DNA of 64,000 nucleotides from Octopus sinensis. Its lineage: Eukaryota. The translations under genes and the position numbers were made by a program. The notes under the pieces were generated by a model. That model had not been told where the DNA came from. It worked only from the letters and a program-made list of their open reading frames with translations, and ran no database searches. The stretch covers positions 76,446,001 through 76,510,000 of the forward strand of contig NC_042999.1 in the NCBI RefSeq assembly GCF_006345805.1, in the 5' to 3' direction. Each line of letters begins with the position of its first letter. Positions within the stretch are counted from its first letter, which is position 1. Below, piece by piece: positions 25,120 to 38,773 of this stretch.

Positions 25120-25164
<45 letters not shown>
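25118..25164. repeat. (GTA)n microsatellite
   Basis: Perfect run. Confidence 0.95.
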
Positions 25165-25165
<1 letters not shown>

Positions 25166-25696
25166 ACCGGCAACAACTTTACTACTATGGTTTTGTTTGG
25201 TTGAGTACTGGGTGGAGACTTCAAAAGAAATCTGACTGTACTTTATTGTTGTGTAGTTCGTGTTATGTGTTGTTCTAGTTGTCGTTTATGAGTGCCATTT
25301 AAATTTTTGTTGGAAAGAGAACGATATGATACACTTAGGGCGGAGTCGAATGCTTGTCTGTTCGGAAGAGCTGCTAGTAATGTTAGTGATTACTACAAGC
25401 ATACTGATAGCTCACTGGTATTATTGTAATTGCAGTGGTGATACTGATGATTTGATGTAGTAATTATTAGTATTTGGTACACACACACATGCTCACGCGC
25501 ACAAATATACAAAAGACTCAAAATCCAACACAAATGCATTTCTATAGATAGTCTGCCAATGAATTCCAGAAAACTATAGCCTAGAGCAATGCAAATATTT
25601 AGACATAACCGGATCAAGAACAACACAATAGATTTTAAAATTCTTCCATTTGTTTCAGTCATTTTACTGTGGCCATGCTGGAGCACTGCCTTATAT

Positions 25697-25954
<258 letters not shown>

Positions 25955-26074
25955 TAATTTACTCTGCTATGTATTGAGTGCCTTATTTACTGTGGTTAAC
26001 CCCGACTCAACCCGGGACCTACATATATATATATATATGTATGTATGTATGTATGTGTTTATGTATATGTATAT

Positions 26075-26624
26075 AATGTGGTTTTGGTTGTTTTGACTAC
26101 TTCTAGCGCGTAAAAACTGCCTGTTGAAGGCAGTTTTCTCTTATGTTTAAATGTACACTATTTTCTATTGAGAATATGTTGTTTGTTGATTTTTCGTACA
26201 TGCTAGGGCACTGATAGTGAAATTTTTTTTTAAAATCACTACTCTATATATATTTTACGTATATGTTTTAGCAATTTTTAAAAGATTAGTTCGGCAGTCA
26301 TTCATTCACTACCGATCGATACTGCGCTTCCGCGTTGAATTTGAAAAATTATAATGTATAACGATGAGACACGTGTTAATCGTCTCTTAATATGTTAGCG
26401 TTATGGCGCGGTCACTGATGAAAAATTTCGCCCAGCAAATTATTCTATTTGCTAAAAAAAATTTAGAAACCTAGGTCTGACCGGAATAAAATAACAAGGT
26501 AAAAGTTTTTATTTTTCATTCCTTTTGAAGATTCCTCTTAAATGTGGTTTTAGTCGTTTTGACTGCTTCTTCTAGTGTGTAAAAACTGCCTGTTGAAGGC
26601 AGTTTTCTCTTGTGTTTAAATGTA

Positions 26625-26630
<6 letters not shown>
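26075..26630 (+). repeat. Unit bounded by about 88-bp direct repeats, each with a 10-bp hairpin
   Basis: 26075-26161 and 26541-26630; hairpin AAAACTGCCT-GTTGA-AGGCAGTTTT; each repeat ends TGTACACTAT. Confidence 0.8.
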
Positions 26631-26694
<64 letters not shown>

Positions 26695-27242
26695 GTACCA
26701 AATAACATCTAGTATGAGATTTATAAATATTTAATGCATCGCTACGCGCGTTTCCACAAATCGCATGGCTTTTAAGATCACAGTCCGAATTTCCCGGATG
26801 ATTATAATGTAATCCGTAATATCCTTAGGCATTCGGTTGATCATCATCATTGAATCATTTCTTCAGGCGATATGGCATTGGTGGATGAACCACAGAGGGA
26901 TGTTTTTCTCTTCTTAACGGTCTGCGTGGGTGGGCTGCATGTGTGCGCGGATGTGTATAATTGGTACGTGTTACAAAGTAACCCAAGAACCAAGATTTCC
27001 GTACATGAGACTTTTCAAAGTATCATGCACGAAAAGCTCGATCATTGAGTCACTTTGTGGCATCTACCGAATAAAAACAATAAAGGAATATATACGTTCG
27101 CATGCTTTGAGTTCCATTTATCCTGGTTGCACTGCCAAATAGATGCACACACACATATATGCATATATGTACAAACACACACATTCCAAAAGATACTCTC
27201 AATTTATATATATACACAGTATATATATATAATGTATATCTA

Positions 27243-27343
27243 TAGATAGATAGATAGATAGATAGACACATACATACATACATACATACATACATACATA
27301 CATACATACATACATACATACATACATACATACATACATACAT
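27243..27343. repeat. (GATA)n/(CATA)n microsatellite
   Basis: Directly visible. Confidence 0.95.
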
Positions 27344-27349
27344 CTGTAT

Positions 27350-27560
27350 GTATGTCTTTGTGTTTGCGTTGTCCCCCAACACCACTTCACAACCGGGTAA
27401 AAATGTTTACGTCCCTGCAACCTAGCGTTTCGGCAAAAGACCCGATAAAATATTACGAGGCTTCAAAATAAAAAGTACTGTTGTTGATTTGCGCGATTAA
27501 ATTTCTTCAAGTGCCAACCAATCAGGGCCGAAATCTAATGACTGAACCAAGTATAAAAGA
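27350..27560 (+). mobile_element. SINE family A, degenerate 3' half
   Basis: GTCCCCC...TTTACGTCCC.GCAACCTAGCG.TTCGGCAAAAGA...GACTGAACCAAGTATAAAAG. Confidence 0.7.
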
Positions 27561-27619
27561 TACACACTCACACATATATATTTAATGTATATATACCTAT
27601 ATGTATATACCTATATGTG

Positions 27620-27651
<32 letters not shown>

Positions 27652-27697
27652 ATATATATAATATATATATATATATACACTCACACACATAGACACT

Positions 27698-27808
27698 TCG
27701 AAAGGTAAAGATGTCCTCGGCAGAATTTGAACTCAAAACATAAAGACGGATAAAATGCCGCTAAGCATTTTGCCCACCCTGCTAGCAATCGTGCCACCTC
27801 GCCGCCTT
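27698..27808 (-). mobile_element. SINE family C, 5' part
   Basis: Minus GGCGGCGAGGTGGC...GCTTAGCGGCATTT...GAGTTCAAATTCTGCCGAGG. Confidence 0.8.
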
Positions 27809-29439
27809 ATTGTAATATATATAATATTAAAATTCAAATGGTTAAATATACTGTGATACTGAGCAAAATGTTTGTCTTGTTCATCTGATACTATACTTGT
27901 AGGCAAAGTACCGGAAAAAAACAAAAGAAAATATTAAGGCCTAAAATATGAACTTCAGAGAATTTAGAATTGCCGTAAAGTTTTGATTATCTCGGTTCTA
28001 AAGTGAATCTTAGACAGTATTACAAGAAGTTTAAATGATTAGTAGATTTTGCATATCGAGGTAAATGTTTTCATTTTCTATAAACATGCTTTTTTGGCAG
28101 AGCAAGAACTAGAAGAAAGGTGCCAGGTGCATGGCGTTGATGATGCAGCTTGATATATAGCAATCCAATACCGACAGAGCAGCGTATAGGGTGTTTACAT
28201 CTGCATTGATGCTTGGCTCAGCAGTATGATTTTGCAGTGGACCAGAAATGATACCGGCATATTTTTGACATTCGTTCAGACATTGTTGTGATAGGAAATT
28301 GATATTGAAGTGTTACATTACATGTGTAACCATCCCAGACGACCACCAAATAGATAGCAAGCAGTCGGTAGAAATTTATAACTCTTCTCGAGAATAGTAA
28401 CTGGAGTCTCTAGTTCCATCACGAATAAGTTCGTAACACACACCAACGAGCTAGTATAACACCTAATATTACAGGATTTCAAAAACGACTACTACTGAAA
28501 CTGCCGATATCCGACGAAAATTAATCTCTACCTAAGATCATTTAATGTGGTAAAAAGTACCAAGTATGTATAAAGGAATAATTATACCAATAATAATAGT
28601 GACTGAAGCTCAAGTCCACCAATTTATAAGGAGAGCATATTATCCGATACCATCAACATCAATGCTTGACTGAGGTTTTATTTTGTAAGTCTTTGCGGAT
28701 TAAAAGGCAAAATTAGGATTTAAATTCAAAGTGTAAACAGCTGTAATGAAAGACACTTTGTCCGACGCTCTAACAATTCTGCCAATACGCAGCCTTAAAA
28801 AATAATGCAACAGAAAAAGAATACATAGCATATATTGTACGCAGGGAACAAATGATATAATTATATTGAATCACATATTTGCCAAGTTTAGCTGATACTA
28901 AAATGAATCTATATGTCATATTCAAGTTTCAAGTCATTTGGCTAAATTTCACAGGTAAATGAAACAACTATTTAATGTAGGAAGATATGAGAGGATAAAT
29001 GAAATTCCAAAAAATGCCATTTCGACAATTTTGGAGTACTTTTTAGAACATTTGTAACAGCAGACATATTTTTCTAGATATCCAGTAAAGAGGAATATTT
29101 CTTCACCCTAAAAACAAATTCATATCTATCTTCCATAACTCGCTTACTCTCATAAAACTAACTGTATTCGATGTTGTACAGCGAAGACTACACTTCTTTT
29201 GTTTTCTACAACGTCTCTATGTTTCTTTATCCTCCCCTTAATCTTATTTATTCTTTCCCCTCCTGTTTTATTAAAGCTCATTATCTATTACTCTATGAAT
29301 ATCGTGTTGTTTTATTACTCTTTTATTCCCAGTCTATTATCAAAATACGGTTAACTGTTTCATTTTAATATTCAATTTTGAGACTCGCAGTATATACAAG
29401 CTTCGTTTTAATAAAATATTTATCCTCAGTATAAACTTG

Positions 29440-29990
29440 TAATTTAAACAAAGTGATCAGTCTTGTGAAAAAACCGTAACGCTAAACTGAGTTTCAATTG
29501 CAAGTATGAAATCAGCCGGCACCTCAGATTTATACTACACAACATCCTTATTCTCTTCTCTGCTATATACGGCTCAGAAACATGGACGTTAAAATCCAAA
29601 TACACACGCGGACAGACTAGAAAGTTTTAAAATAGGGAGCTTGCAGTTTATATCAAGGATATTATTACGAAACACTTGTAGAAATACTTCCATAGAAAAA
29701 AGAAAAAATCTTTTCACGTGATACACACCATTACTGAGATAGTAAGATAGAAGAGACTGAGATCAGAAATAGAGCATACAGGTGTTCTGAAAAGATTTTA
29801 TAACCCCAGGCCACGTGATAGAATCCTCAGATCACAGCGGCACGCAGACCATCTAAACAAAAAGGGTGGCGATATTATAACTAATAAAAGAGACAGATGG
29901 ACCGGAGAGGACCAAGCAGCTAAGCCAACTGTTAAGTGCAACAAAGGTGTACTTGGGAAGTCTGGGAATGGGCATTTGCGCTACATGATC
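29440..29990 (+). mobile_element. Decayed RTE-type LINE, RT C-terminal region
   Basis: YGSETWTL (about 29567-29590) followed by an RLESF-like motif; many frameshifts. Confidence 0.65.
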
Positions 29991-29994
29991 ATTC

Positions 29995-31200
29995 CACAGT
30001 AACCAGAATTTATTCAGAAAGCATACATACTTGACATATTAGCTCTCTCGAGCATAGTCCTATTAAGAATTTCACCCTGCCACTTGATGTCAAGAATTTT
30101 TCGCAGGCATGTCAAGGGAAAACCATTAAATGTTTCTCGATGTCTTTGATAAACCGCCCAGTAGCATAGTCATGACGGCAGCTTTCTATCTCTCATCTGT
30201 TGTTTTTATGGTCAAACCAAGTTTTTTCTAAACATTTTCTAAGACGGTGAAAGGCAGAGCTAGCTTTTGATAAGTTTGCGTTCACATCATCATCAATGTG
30301 AACACATTGACAGTGTACTTCCAAGGTAGGTAAATCTCTTTACAGTTTCGGGAGGTTGATTGTTCACTATCAGGAATGTTAAACGTAATGTTTTCTGGGA
30401 GCGGGCTGATACAGAACTTCAATCTTTTTGACACTGATTGAGACCGCAGTTATCGCAAGCTGAATCAAAGCTGTCTAATCTCTGTCGAAGATCTACTTCA
30501 AGGTTCGCATTTAGGGCACACTCATCTGCAAAAAGAGCTCCTTTGTTGAAGTGATCATGATTTTAGTCTTTACTTTCAGGTGGGTGGTCTTAAAAAGAGA
30601 CCAGCGTCATATTTGTTCTGAGTTGGATATCAGATGTTAATGGGTGAATGGTATCGAGAAGCACTCCACTAAACATCAAACCGAAAAGCGAGGGTTACGG
30701 CAAAAGGTGCCCAGAATTCTCCATTATTGAAAACACGATATTATATGCCATCGTGAATCTGATACGCCAAGCAAATAAATTTTTGTGGGCAACCAAATTC
30801 CTATATTACTTTCTAGATACCATCTCTGCTTAAAGTATCAAAAGCTTTATTCAAGCCGATAGATATAGAGTAGAGGCTGTTGCACTATGGAATGTTTCCT
30901 TCTTTTGTTTTTATAGGGATGTACAATGCCGACATTTTTGCATTCTTGAGCATTTACTTCGTGCTCCTACACTGTAGTAAATAGGACAGGTATTTTCTGT
31001 CCGTCATGTTTGTAGATCTCGACAATTGCACTGGACCTAGAGTCGTTGCCGTTGGTTAGTACCTTGATAGCCAATTAAGTTTTGCCAAGTGTAGGTGGAT
31101 CACTTGCCTGCTAGTTAGCAGACACCTGAGACAGCCGGTTTATTGCTTCTACATTTATATGAGGGATGTAGTTAAGACAAAGTCAAGGTGTTCTGACCAT
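29995..31200 (-). mobile_element. Decayed RTE-clade (BovB-like) LINE reverse transcriptase
   Basis: Minus translation gives, in order, AIKVLTNG.., KAFDTLSRDG..EFGCP, PSLFGLMFSGVLLD, FADECAL, RFTYLGSTLS..IDDDVNANLSKASSAFHRL. Confidence 0.85.
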
Positions 31201-31289
31201 CGTTTTCGTATCCGTGATTTCTGCCAGTAAAGACAAACCACCAGAGCTGAGCAGGGTGGCAGTCTTCGATTTTGTTTATGGGAAGAGAG

Positions 31290-31438
31290 CATATAAAGCA
31301 TACACACACACAACACACAACACGCACACACACACACACACACACTCACACACATACACACGCAGAACCCACACATTCACAACATAAACACAACACATAC
31401 ACACACACAAACACACATATATGCATGCATGTAATTAC

Positions 31439-31515
<77 letters not shown>

Positions 31516-31590
31516 ATACACACTCGCGAACAACAAACATGAATACACACACACACACACACATTCACTCGCACACACACAGATACACGC
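31290..31590. repeat. (CA)n/(TA)n compound microsatellite
   Basis: Directly visible. Confidence 0.9.
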
Positions 31591-32384
31591 ACACTGAATG
31601 CTGCTTAACAGAAAGTATTTACTGTAAAAATAAGTTCGTCGAAAACTAGGCCATGTATTTTGACAGGTATTTCAACCCTGACAGAATACGTATTCCTTAC
31701 AGCAGCATCACCGGCAACAGTGACAGCAGTAGTAGTTCCTGTTGCCCTTGATGTTGTAGCAGCAACTGCAGCAGCAGCAATAGTGGCTGGCGTATTGATA
31801 AAAGTAACAGCAAGCATAGGAGCCACAACCGCAACAACAACAATCGCAAAAGTATTATCAACTGCACTGGCATCAAATAGTTATTCAACTGGAATTGAAC
31901 GTCTTTTTATCGTTTCATTTTTAATTCCCTCTTAGGTTTCATTTTCCTTCCTTTCTCCATGCTATAAGGAAGAATGATCCAACCTCCCTTTGATAATTTT
32001 CCTACTGGAAAAGTAAAATTCAAGTTAGTTTATGAATTATGAGTCTAATGATTATAATAAATAAAATCTCGCAACCATTTTCCTTTCAGATGTTCATGTT
32101 TGTTATTGTTGTGGCTGTCGTTGTTATTGCTTAGCATTAGTTCGGTTCAGACTGAGCAAACGTATGATTAGCATATAAAGATAGTTTACCTCAGTCTACA
32201 ATACTGATGTACAGCTAAATAAAACAATGCGATTCTTAACAATTCTTTCTTATCACAACACCTCAAACAACCACTACACCATTGCAGCATCCTTTTTCTT
32301 ATTTTATTTCATAATTTGCATTATATTTATTCCATTATCTTTTATTTTATCTATTTCTCACACTCCATCCCCATATACATACAT

Positions 32385-32718
32385 GTATATACGTATGTAT
32401 ATATGTATGTATGTACGTATGTATGTATGTATGTACGTACGTATGTACATATGTATGTACGTATCTACGTACGTATGTATGTAAGTATGTATGTACGTAC
32501 GTATGTATGTATGTATGTATGTATGTACTTACGTACGTACGTATGTATGTATGTATGTACTTACGTACGTATGTATGTATGTATGTACTTACGTACGTAT
32601 GTATGTATGTATGTACTTACGTACGTATGTATGTATGTATGTATGTATGTATGTATGTATGTATGTATGTATGTATGTATGCATGTATGTATGCATGTAT
32701 GTATGCATGTATGTATGT
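32385..32718. repeat. (ATGT)n microsatellite with CGTA/CTTA variants
   Basis: Includes a 28-bp higher-order unit ACTTACGTACGTATGTATGTATGTATGT about four times. Confidence 0.95.
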
Positions 32719-34294
32719 CTAAACATATACATATCTTTAGATAGATACAGAATATGAAGACAGAGTATCGTTATTCTATAGAAATTGTTTATTAGAAGAT
32801 AAGGCGATAGGGGGGGGGTAAGAGTTATAGATAACTGGTAAATATATGGTGCACGCTACAACTAGTATTTATCTGCGTTAATTAGAAGACGAAGACAAAC
32901 ATTTTGATTATCGTAACAAAAATTGATCCAATAATTAAAATAGATTATAGCTACCTTTTTGACAAGATTAATTCTATGGCAATATTTTCATTGCTATTTT
33001 GCTCTTGCCGTCAAAAATGATGGCTATTTCCGTTATATTCTTTAGATGGATTTTCATTATAGTCATAACATTTAGAATTTTTAACTGATTTAATTTTAAG
33101 TTACTTCTAGTCTGTTCAATCATGTTTATAGACTATATAGCAATTTTTCAAAAGTTTCTCTACGTTTCAACCGTTTAATTTATGCTCATAAACCATAACT
33201 ACCTTTTCCCTGCATCACCTTCATCACCTCGGCCACTTCTTAATGCTGGTTTCGAGGATCCTAGCAGAAAAGAGTTGGCATTTTCTTTTATATAGGATGT
33301 TGGTCTATATTAGATCATGTCTCCTACGTGATGAACTGAAGTTGGTAAGGCAAAATAATGTTTCGTGTTTTAGTTTTGTGATTCTAGTTTCTGGATGGGC
33401 TGATCAAACCTATTACACTTCTGGAAAATAATTATCCTCAGAATAGTCACTGCGTTAATCAACGAGTAGCTTCTATGTGGTTGCTTGGTTCGCTAGAGGC
33501 AGCAGCCACACCATCCTCAAATTACACCCTACTATCTTAAAAGTGAAAGGAGGATTCAATACAAAAGTATTAGACAGATACAACGTGTTTAATAAAATGT
33601 AGGGATGGTTATATCAGGAAGTGGAATAACATTAATTATATGTCAACTCGGTTAATACCTGGCCTAGGGTTAAATAATAAAATATCAACTGTAATCTACT
33701 CTCTAAAACACTTGGCCATGTGCCTAAGCAATATTCACCATTACAGCAATAGATGACCTGTTGATTAAATAAAAAAAGAACACCTAGTACATTCTTAACA
33801 ATAATTGCTTTCGTTCTTTTACGCTCCGAGTTCAAATCCTGTTGATTTTTATCATTCATCACACCATTATATTGTAAAAGGAATATATAAGATACTGACC
33901 AAGATATAAGATTCTTTAATTGTATGCATTCTTCAACTTGGCATCTTGTTTCACAAACATGAGCCAGAAGATAACATACATTTCACTTTACACTCTAGCC
34001 ATAAAACTTCTGATATTTCTTTCGCTATAGAGAATTAATCGATCGATTCAGCAGAGATTAGTTGCCGGGAAGTATTCCATAAATATCAGTTGCTCTTCGA
34101 TTGATTCTCTCTGTTATCTTAAGGTAAGCATAATGATGGATCATCGTTTTAAGGAGAGTGAACAGGAATTCCACCACACTCTACTGGTGTCGACAGAAGA
34201 TATATTACTATCAATAAGTTATTTACTGAAGTCTATCTTTATTCTCATGATAACACACTACATACCTATACACGCACACATGTACATACACAAT

Positions 34295-34327
<33 letters not shown>

Positions 34328-34906
34328 GTCAATATTTGTGTGTATGTAAGTGTAGTATATACATATATATATGTATATGTATGCATGTATGTATATATAT
34401 ATATGTGTGTGTGTGTATATATATATATGTATATATATGAAATATGAATATATAAATACACATATATAATGTACATATATATGTAGTAATTCCTTTTCTC
34501 CTCCTCTCTTTTTTTTTCTCTCTCTCTCTCCTTCTAGCTATTTATCTATTGAAAAGTCTACAATTCTCACTCATTCTCGCAGTTCTTCCTTGACACCCTC
34601 ACTTTCTCATCTGCATCAAACCTTCCCGTTTTTCTGCTTTAGGAACACACGGTCACACACAACGGATATGCTAATTTTGACGCATAAGCATATGTTATAT
34701 ATAGATACGAAACATAGAAGGATGTGCGTTACTGTCAGATTTCAACAATCCCATCTTTACACCAAGCACCTATAGCTTGGTATATATATATATATATATA
34801 TAATTTCAACAATTGAGGGTAAAATTAATTAATTATTAATCAATTTCACCAAGTATTTCTAATGAGTTCAGTATGCGGCAAAGTAATTTATTTTACTAAG
34901 CCCTTT

Positions 34907-34947
<41 letters not shown>

Positions 34948-35232
34948 TGAGTAATAGAACATCCACCCGTGAAAATATTGTGAAAATCTACCCGGTGATT
35001 TGCGAATGTGTCTAGAATTCTTTCTTTTTTTTAAGCTGTCCGAACAGCAATTCGCAGAGGCTACTTCAAAACCCACCTCCAGTTCCTTCATCCATTTAAC
35101 TAGTGATATAAAAATTACTGATTTTTTTACATACAGCGACATCACAGATGACATTGAAACATCAACTTCCACGCCATAACCTTGGTATAATGGTGACACC
35201 AAATAAATATGCATGCATATTGCCTCTTTGAA

Positions 35233-35400
35233 TGTATGTATGTATGTATGTATGTATGTATGTATGTATGTATGTATGTATGTATGTATGTATGTAGGCA
35301 TGTATGTAGGCATGTATGTATGTATGTAGGTAGTTACTAGGTAGGTAGGTAGGTAGGTAGGTAGGTAGGTGAGTACGTGTACGTACGTACGTACGCGTGT
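35233..35400. repeat. (ATGT)n/(GTAG)n microsatellite
   Basis: Directly visible. Confidence 0.95.
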
Positions 35401-35779
35401 GTATGTAAGCATACTTTTCTTTGAATTCAATTTAGGTTCTTGAAAGAGTTCAAACCAGTTGCTAACAAAGCCAACAAGACCCTTTGAGTTGAGAGAGTTC
35501 CTGGTGTTTGTAAATATGAGGTTCAGTTGGTATGTTGGTTGAACTGTCGATGCATACATCCAAGTGTATGCATCTTTTCACATAAGAATCCCACATGGAA
35601 AATTTCTAGAATGTCTTTTGCCACCAAGAGATTAGATTTGGAGAATTTGCTTCAGTTTCGTTTGCTCTTTTTCCATGGTATGTACGTATGTGTGTATGTA
35701 TAAGCGCATGTCTCTTTTTATCTGTGTCTGTCTGTATGTATGTATGTATGTATGTATGTATGTATGTATGTACATTTGT

Positions 35780-36310
35780 GCTACTGGTAATATGCAACCC
35801 AGTACAACCTGTTGCATGGTCGGGTCGTTGGCGACTAAACCGGCAACCCCAACAAGCTTGCTTGGGGAGAAGGGTGTTCATTGGACACCCTGCGGGATGA
35901 AAAACAAAACCCGTCAAAGGGCGGAGGAACACTTGAGAGTCAACGGCCATCCAATAAATGGCTTAAGGCTGTATCATGCGCGGGGACATAGAAATAATCG
36001 GACTGAATACCCGATCGCGCGGTTAAACCATTGGGAGTGAAGGACTCCTAGCCTTTGTTAGGGCATCCTTCTAGAAGAAGGTAACTCAGGAAACTGGGAT
36101 AACTCCGACATAAAACCTGCGGCTCAGTGGTTACCGATGATGTTGACTTGTTCTTCTTTTCAGATTATGGCTGCTGTTGCTTAGTGAGTGGGATTGACTC
36201 AGTGCACAGCCTTTCCTCACTTTAAAAAAAATCTTCTTGCACAGGCATTGCACGATAACAACACTGATTAAGCTTCGTGCAATGGCTATACTCGATGACG
36301 AGGGGGCAGC
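35780..36310 (+). mobile_element. Interspersed repeat, probable RTE-type LINE 5' UTR
   Basis: Second copy at 22141; GGGCATCCTTCTAGAAGAAGGTAACTC...AAACC resembles RTE leaders (from memory). No ORF follows. Confidence 0.5.
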
Positions 36311-36542
36311 CACCATGTACGTATGTATGTATGTAGGTAGTTCGGTAGTAGGTAGGTAGATAGGTAGGTAGGTAGCGATGGAGGGAGGAGGAAGATGGGT
36401 GGGTGGGTGGGTACGTAAGTAGATAGGTGGGTAGGTAGGTAGGCAGGTACGTAGGTAGGTGTCATTACAATTTAAAGAAGTCATCAGTCACAGGTAAAGG
36501 GAAACGCAAACGTGTTTACACAGCATTCATGAAAGGTTAGAA

Positions 36543-36670
36543 TGGCGGTGAACTGACCAAGTCACTTTACAATGTCGGATAGAATATTTCTGATAGTATC
36601 ATGTTCGCTAAGATCAGATCTCGCCCTTGTCAACTTTGCATTTTAACCTCTCGGGAGTGAACATATAAGA
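36543..36670 (+). mobile_element. Very degenerate SINE family C
   Basis: GGCGGTGAACTG head and GTCAACTTTGCATTTTAACCTCTCGGG core. Confidence 0.45.
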
Positions 36671-37233
36671 TAGATATGCAGAGTTGAAGATTAGCGGAAA
36701 TATTAGGGCGTCGGATATGATTTCATGCGGAATCTTCGTTCATGACGTTCAAACAGTCACTACTCCAACGACATCGGTATCAAGCAGCAGCAACTTTTAA
36801 TATTTCTTTTCTACGATAGAAATGGTTATGTGAAGAAGGACAACGAATGATCTTACATGAAAAGAAACTATTCCCCATTCTGTACAGAGAAAAGGAATTT
36901 CTCAGTTACGGACACGAACACGGTCTTATAAAATAGAAAAGGATTGTGATCTCAGAGTTTAGCGTCGTATTCTAGACATATCAAAGTAAGGACGTAATTC
37001 GTGCTTGCCTATACAACTCGAATATAAATGTATGGCTTTGCCAGGTATGTAATCTCGTCATACGCTTCAACTTAGACGTTATTCATGTACAAATTTTGCA
37101 TGACAATTAAGTGTTGCATTTAAACAGAGAATTACTAATTAGAATCTATTATAAATGCACGAATACATTCACTCACTCTCAAACACACACACACACAATA
37201 TATATATATGCACACACAATACTTGTATAATAA

Positions 37234-37277
<44 letters not shown>

Positions 37278-37304
37278 TATGCACACACAATACTTGTATA
37301 ATAA

Positions 37305-37343
<39 letters not shown>

Positions 37344-37344
37344 T

Positions 37345-37380
<36 letters not shown>

Positions 37381-37574
37381 AACAGTTAAACAGGCAGAGA
37401 TATGTATTTATAAGAACACGTATAGATGCTAATGTGTGTATGTGTGTGAGAATGTGTATGTGTGTGCATAATTCCAAACAAAAGGAAAAGAGTGCTCAAT
37501 ACTTAGAAGTTATAGTGGAGCGTTAACGTTCCCGCATATTACATGTTAAGTCTTTTACACGACATTTGATTTGA

Positions 37575-37859
37575 CCCAATGGCTCGGGTGTTGCACTTAC
37601 GATCTCGAAATCGCGGTCCCAATTTGTAGAGAGTAGTACGTTGCGTTCTTGAGCAAAACACTTCATCTCACGATGCTCTGCGATCAGTTAGAAACCTGAT
37701 GCGTTGTACACTGTGCACCTGTTCAGGCAACGTCGATTTGATGGAGGGAGTGAGCTAATGTACAGCCCAAACATTTGATCTCTTTAAACAAATCATTTGT
37801 GCAAGTCGTACGGCAAAAAGCTGAACGTTCATACACCGTCTTCGACAAGAGAGTCCATC

Positions 37860-37860
<1 letters not shown>
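37575..37860 (+). mobile_element. SINE family D, near full length, followed by (TG)n
   Basis: tRNA-like head relic, CGTTCTTGAGCAAAACACTTCATC core; (TG)n at 37862-37936. Confidence 0.6.
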
Positions 37861-37937
<77 letters not shown>

Positions 37938-38551
37938 TCATTGTTCTTAAACAAGATTATTATTGACAGAGACTTCGAAGTTTCGGTTAGTTAAGCCATT
38001 TTATATATTTACACACATAAATCCATACAGACATTCGCATGTTTATACGAGTGTATAGCTATGTTTTACAAACGAAAATAAATGTAAATTGTATCCCGAT
38101 AGTTACGTCGCAATATAACAAGTTTTTATTGAATCTTGAGAAAAATTTCAAAAATAATAAATCTCGTTATGCGTATTTGACAATCATCATTAAAATTTGT
38201 TCAGGTGAGTGGTAGGTAAACCGGGTGCTAGAATGTTTTCTGCAGGGCATATCGGCAATTAATGATTTCATTAGGTTACTCAAGGGATTATTTTTACATG
38301 CTTTCTTTTCCCTCTCTCCCCCTCCCTCTCTCTCTCTCTCTCTTTCTCACTCTCTCGTTTTCTCTTAACTTGCTCTACACTCCTCCCTTACTCCTATTTC
38401 CTTTCTAGATTTTAGCCTTTTAAATATGCTGCTGTTCTTCGTGTTTCAATATTATTTACTTCAATTTTAAGTAGAAATAGCCAACAGCTTTTCATGTCTT
38501 ACATTACATTCAGTATTCTTCTCAGCTCCTCTATATGTGCGTTTAGTACAT

Positions 38552-38609
<58 letters not shown>

Positions 38610-38700
38610 ATACATATCACCTTCTATCTACAGCTATTCGTGTCTTCACATCTTTCTATTTTGTTTAGGTTTTGTCAGCTTATCACTCTCTTTTCCCTTG

Positions 38701-38773
38701 TATGTATGTATGTATGTATGTATGTATGTATGTATGTATGTATGTATGTATGTATGTATGTATGTATGTATGT
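38701..38773. repeat. (TATG)n microsatellite
   Basis: Perfect run. Confidence 0.97.

Noticed and set aside
28080-28500. GC-richer segment with coding-like texture
   Set aside because: All frames are interrupted and no recognisable domain was found.
32077-32166. Plus-strand acceptor followed by a hydrophobic ATG stretch resembling a signal peptide
   Set aside because: Reading frame stops after 14 codons and the hydrophobicity comes from a decayed (GTT)n repeat.
35850-35960. Twister ribozyme in the RTE-like leader (GGAGGG, AAGC motifs)
   Set aside because: P2 and pseudoknot pairings could not be assembled in either copy.
38195-38215. Plus-strand TTCAG|GTGAGT as a recursive site
   Set aside because: Pyrimidine tract is too short; could be an ordinary or chance donor.
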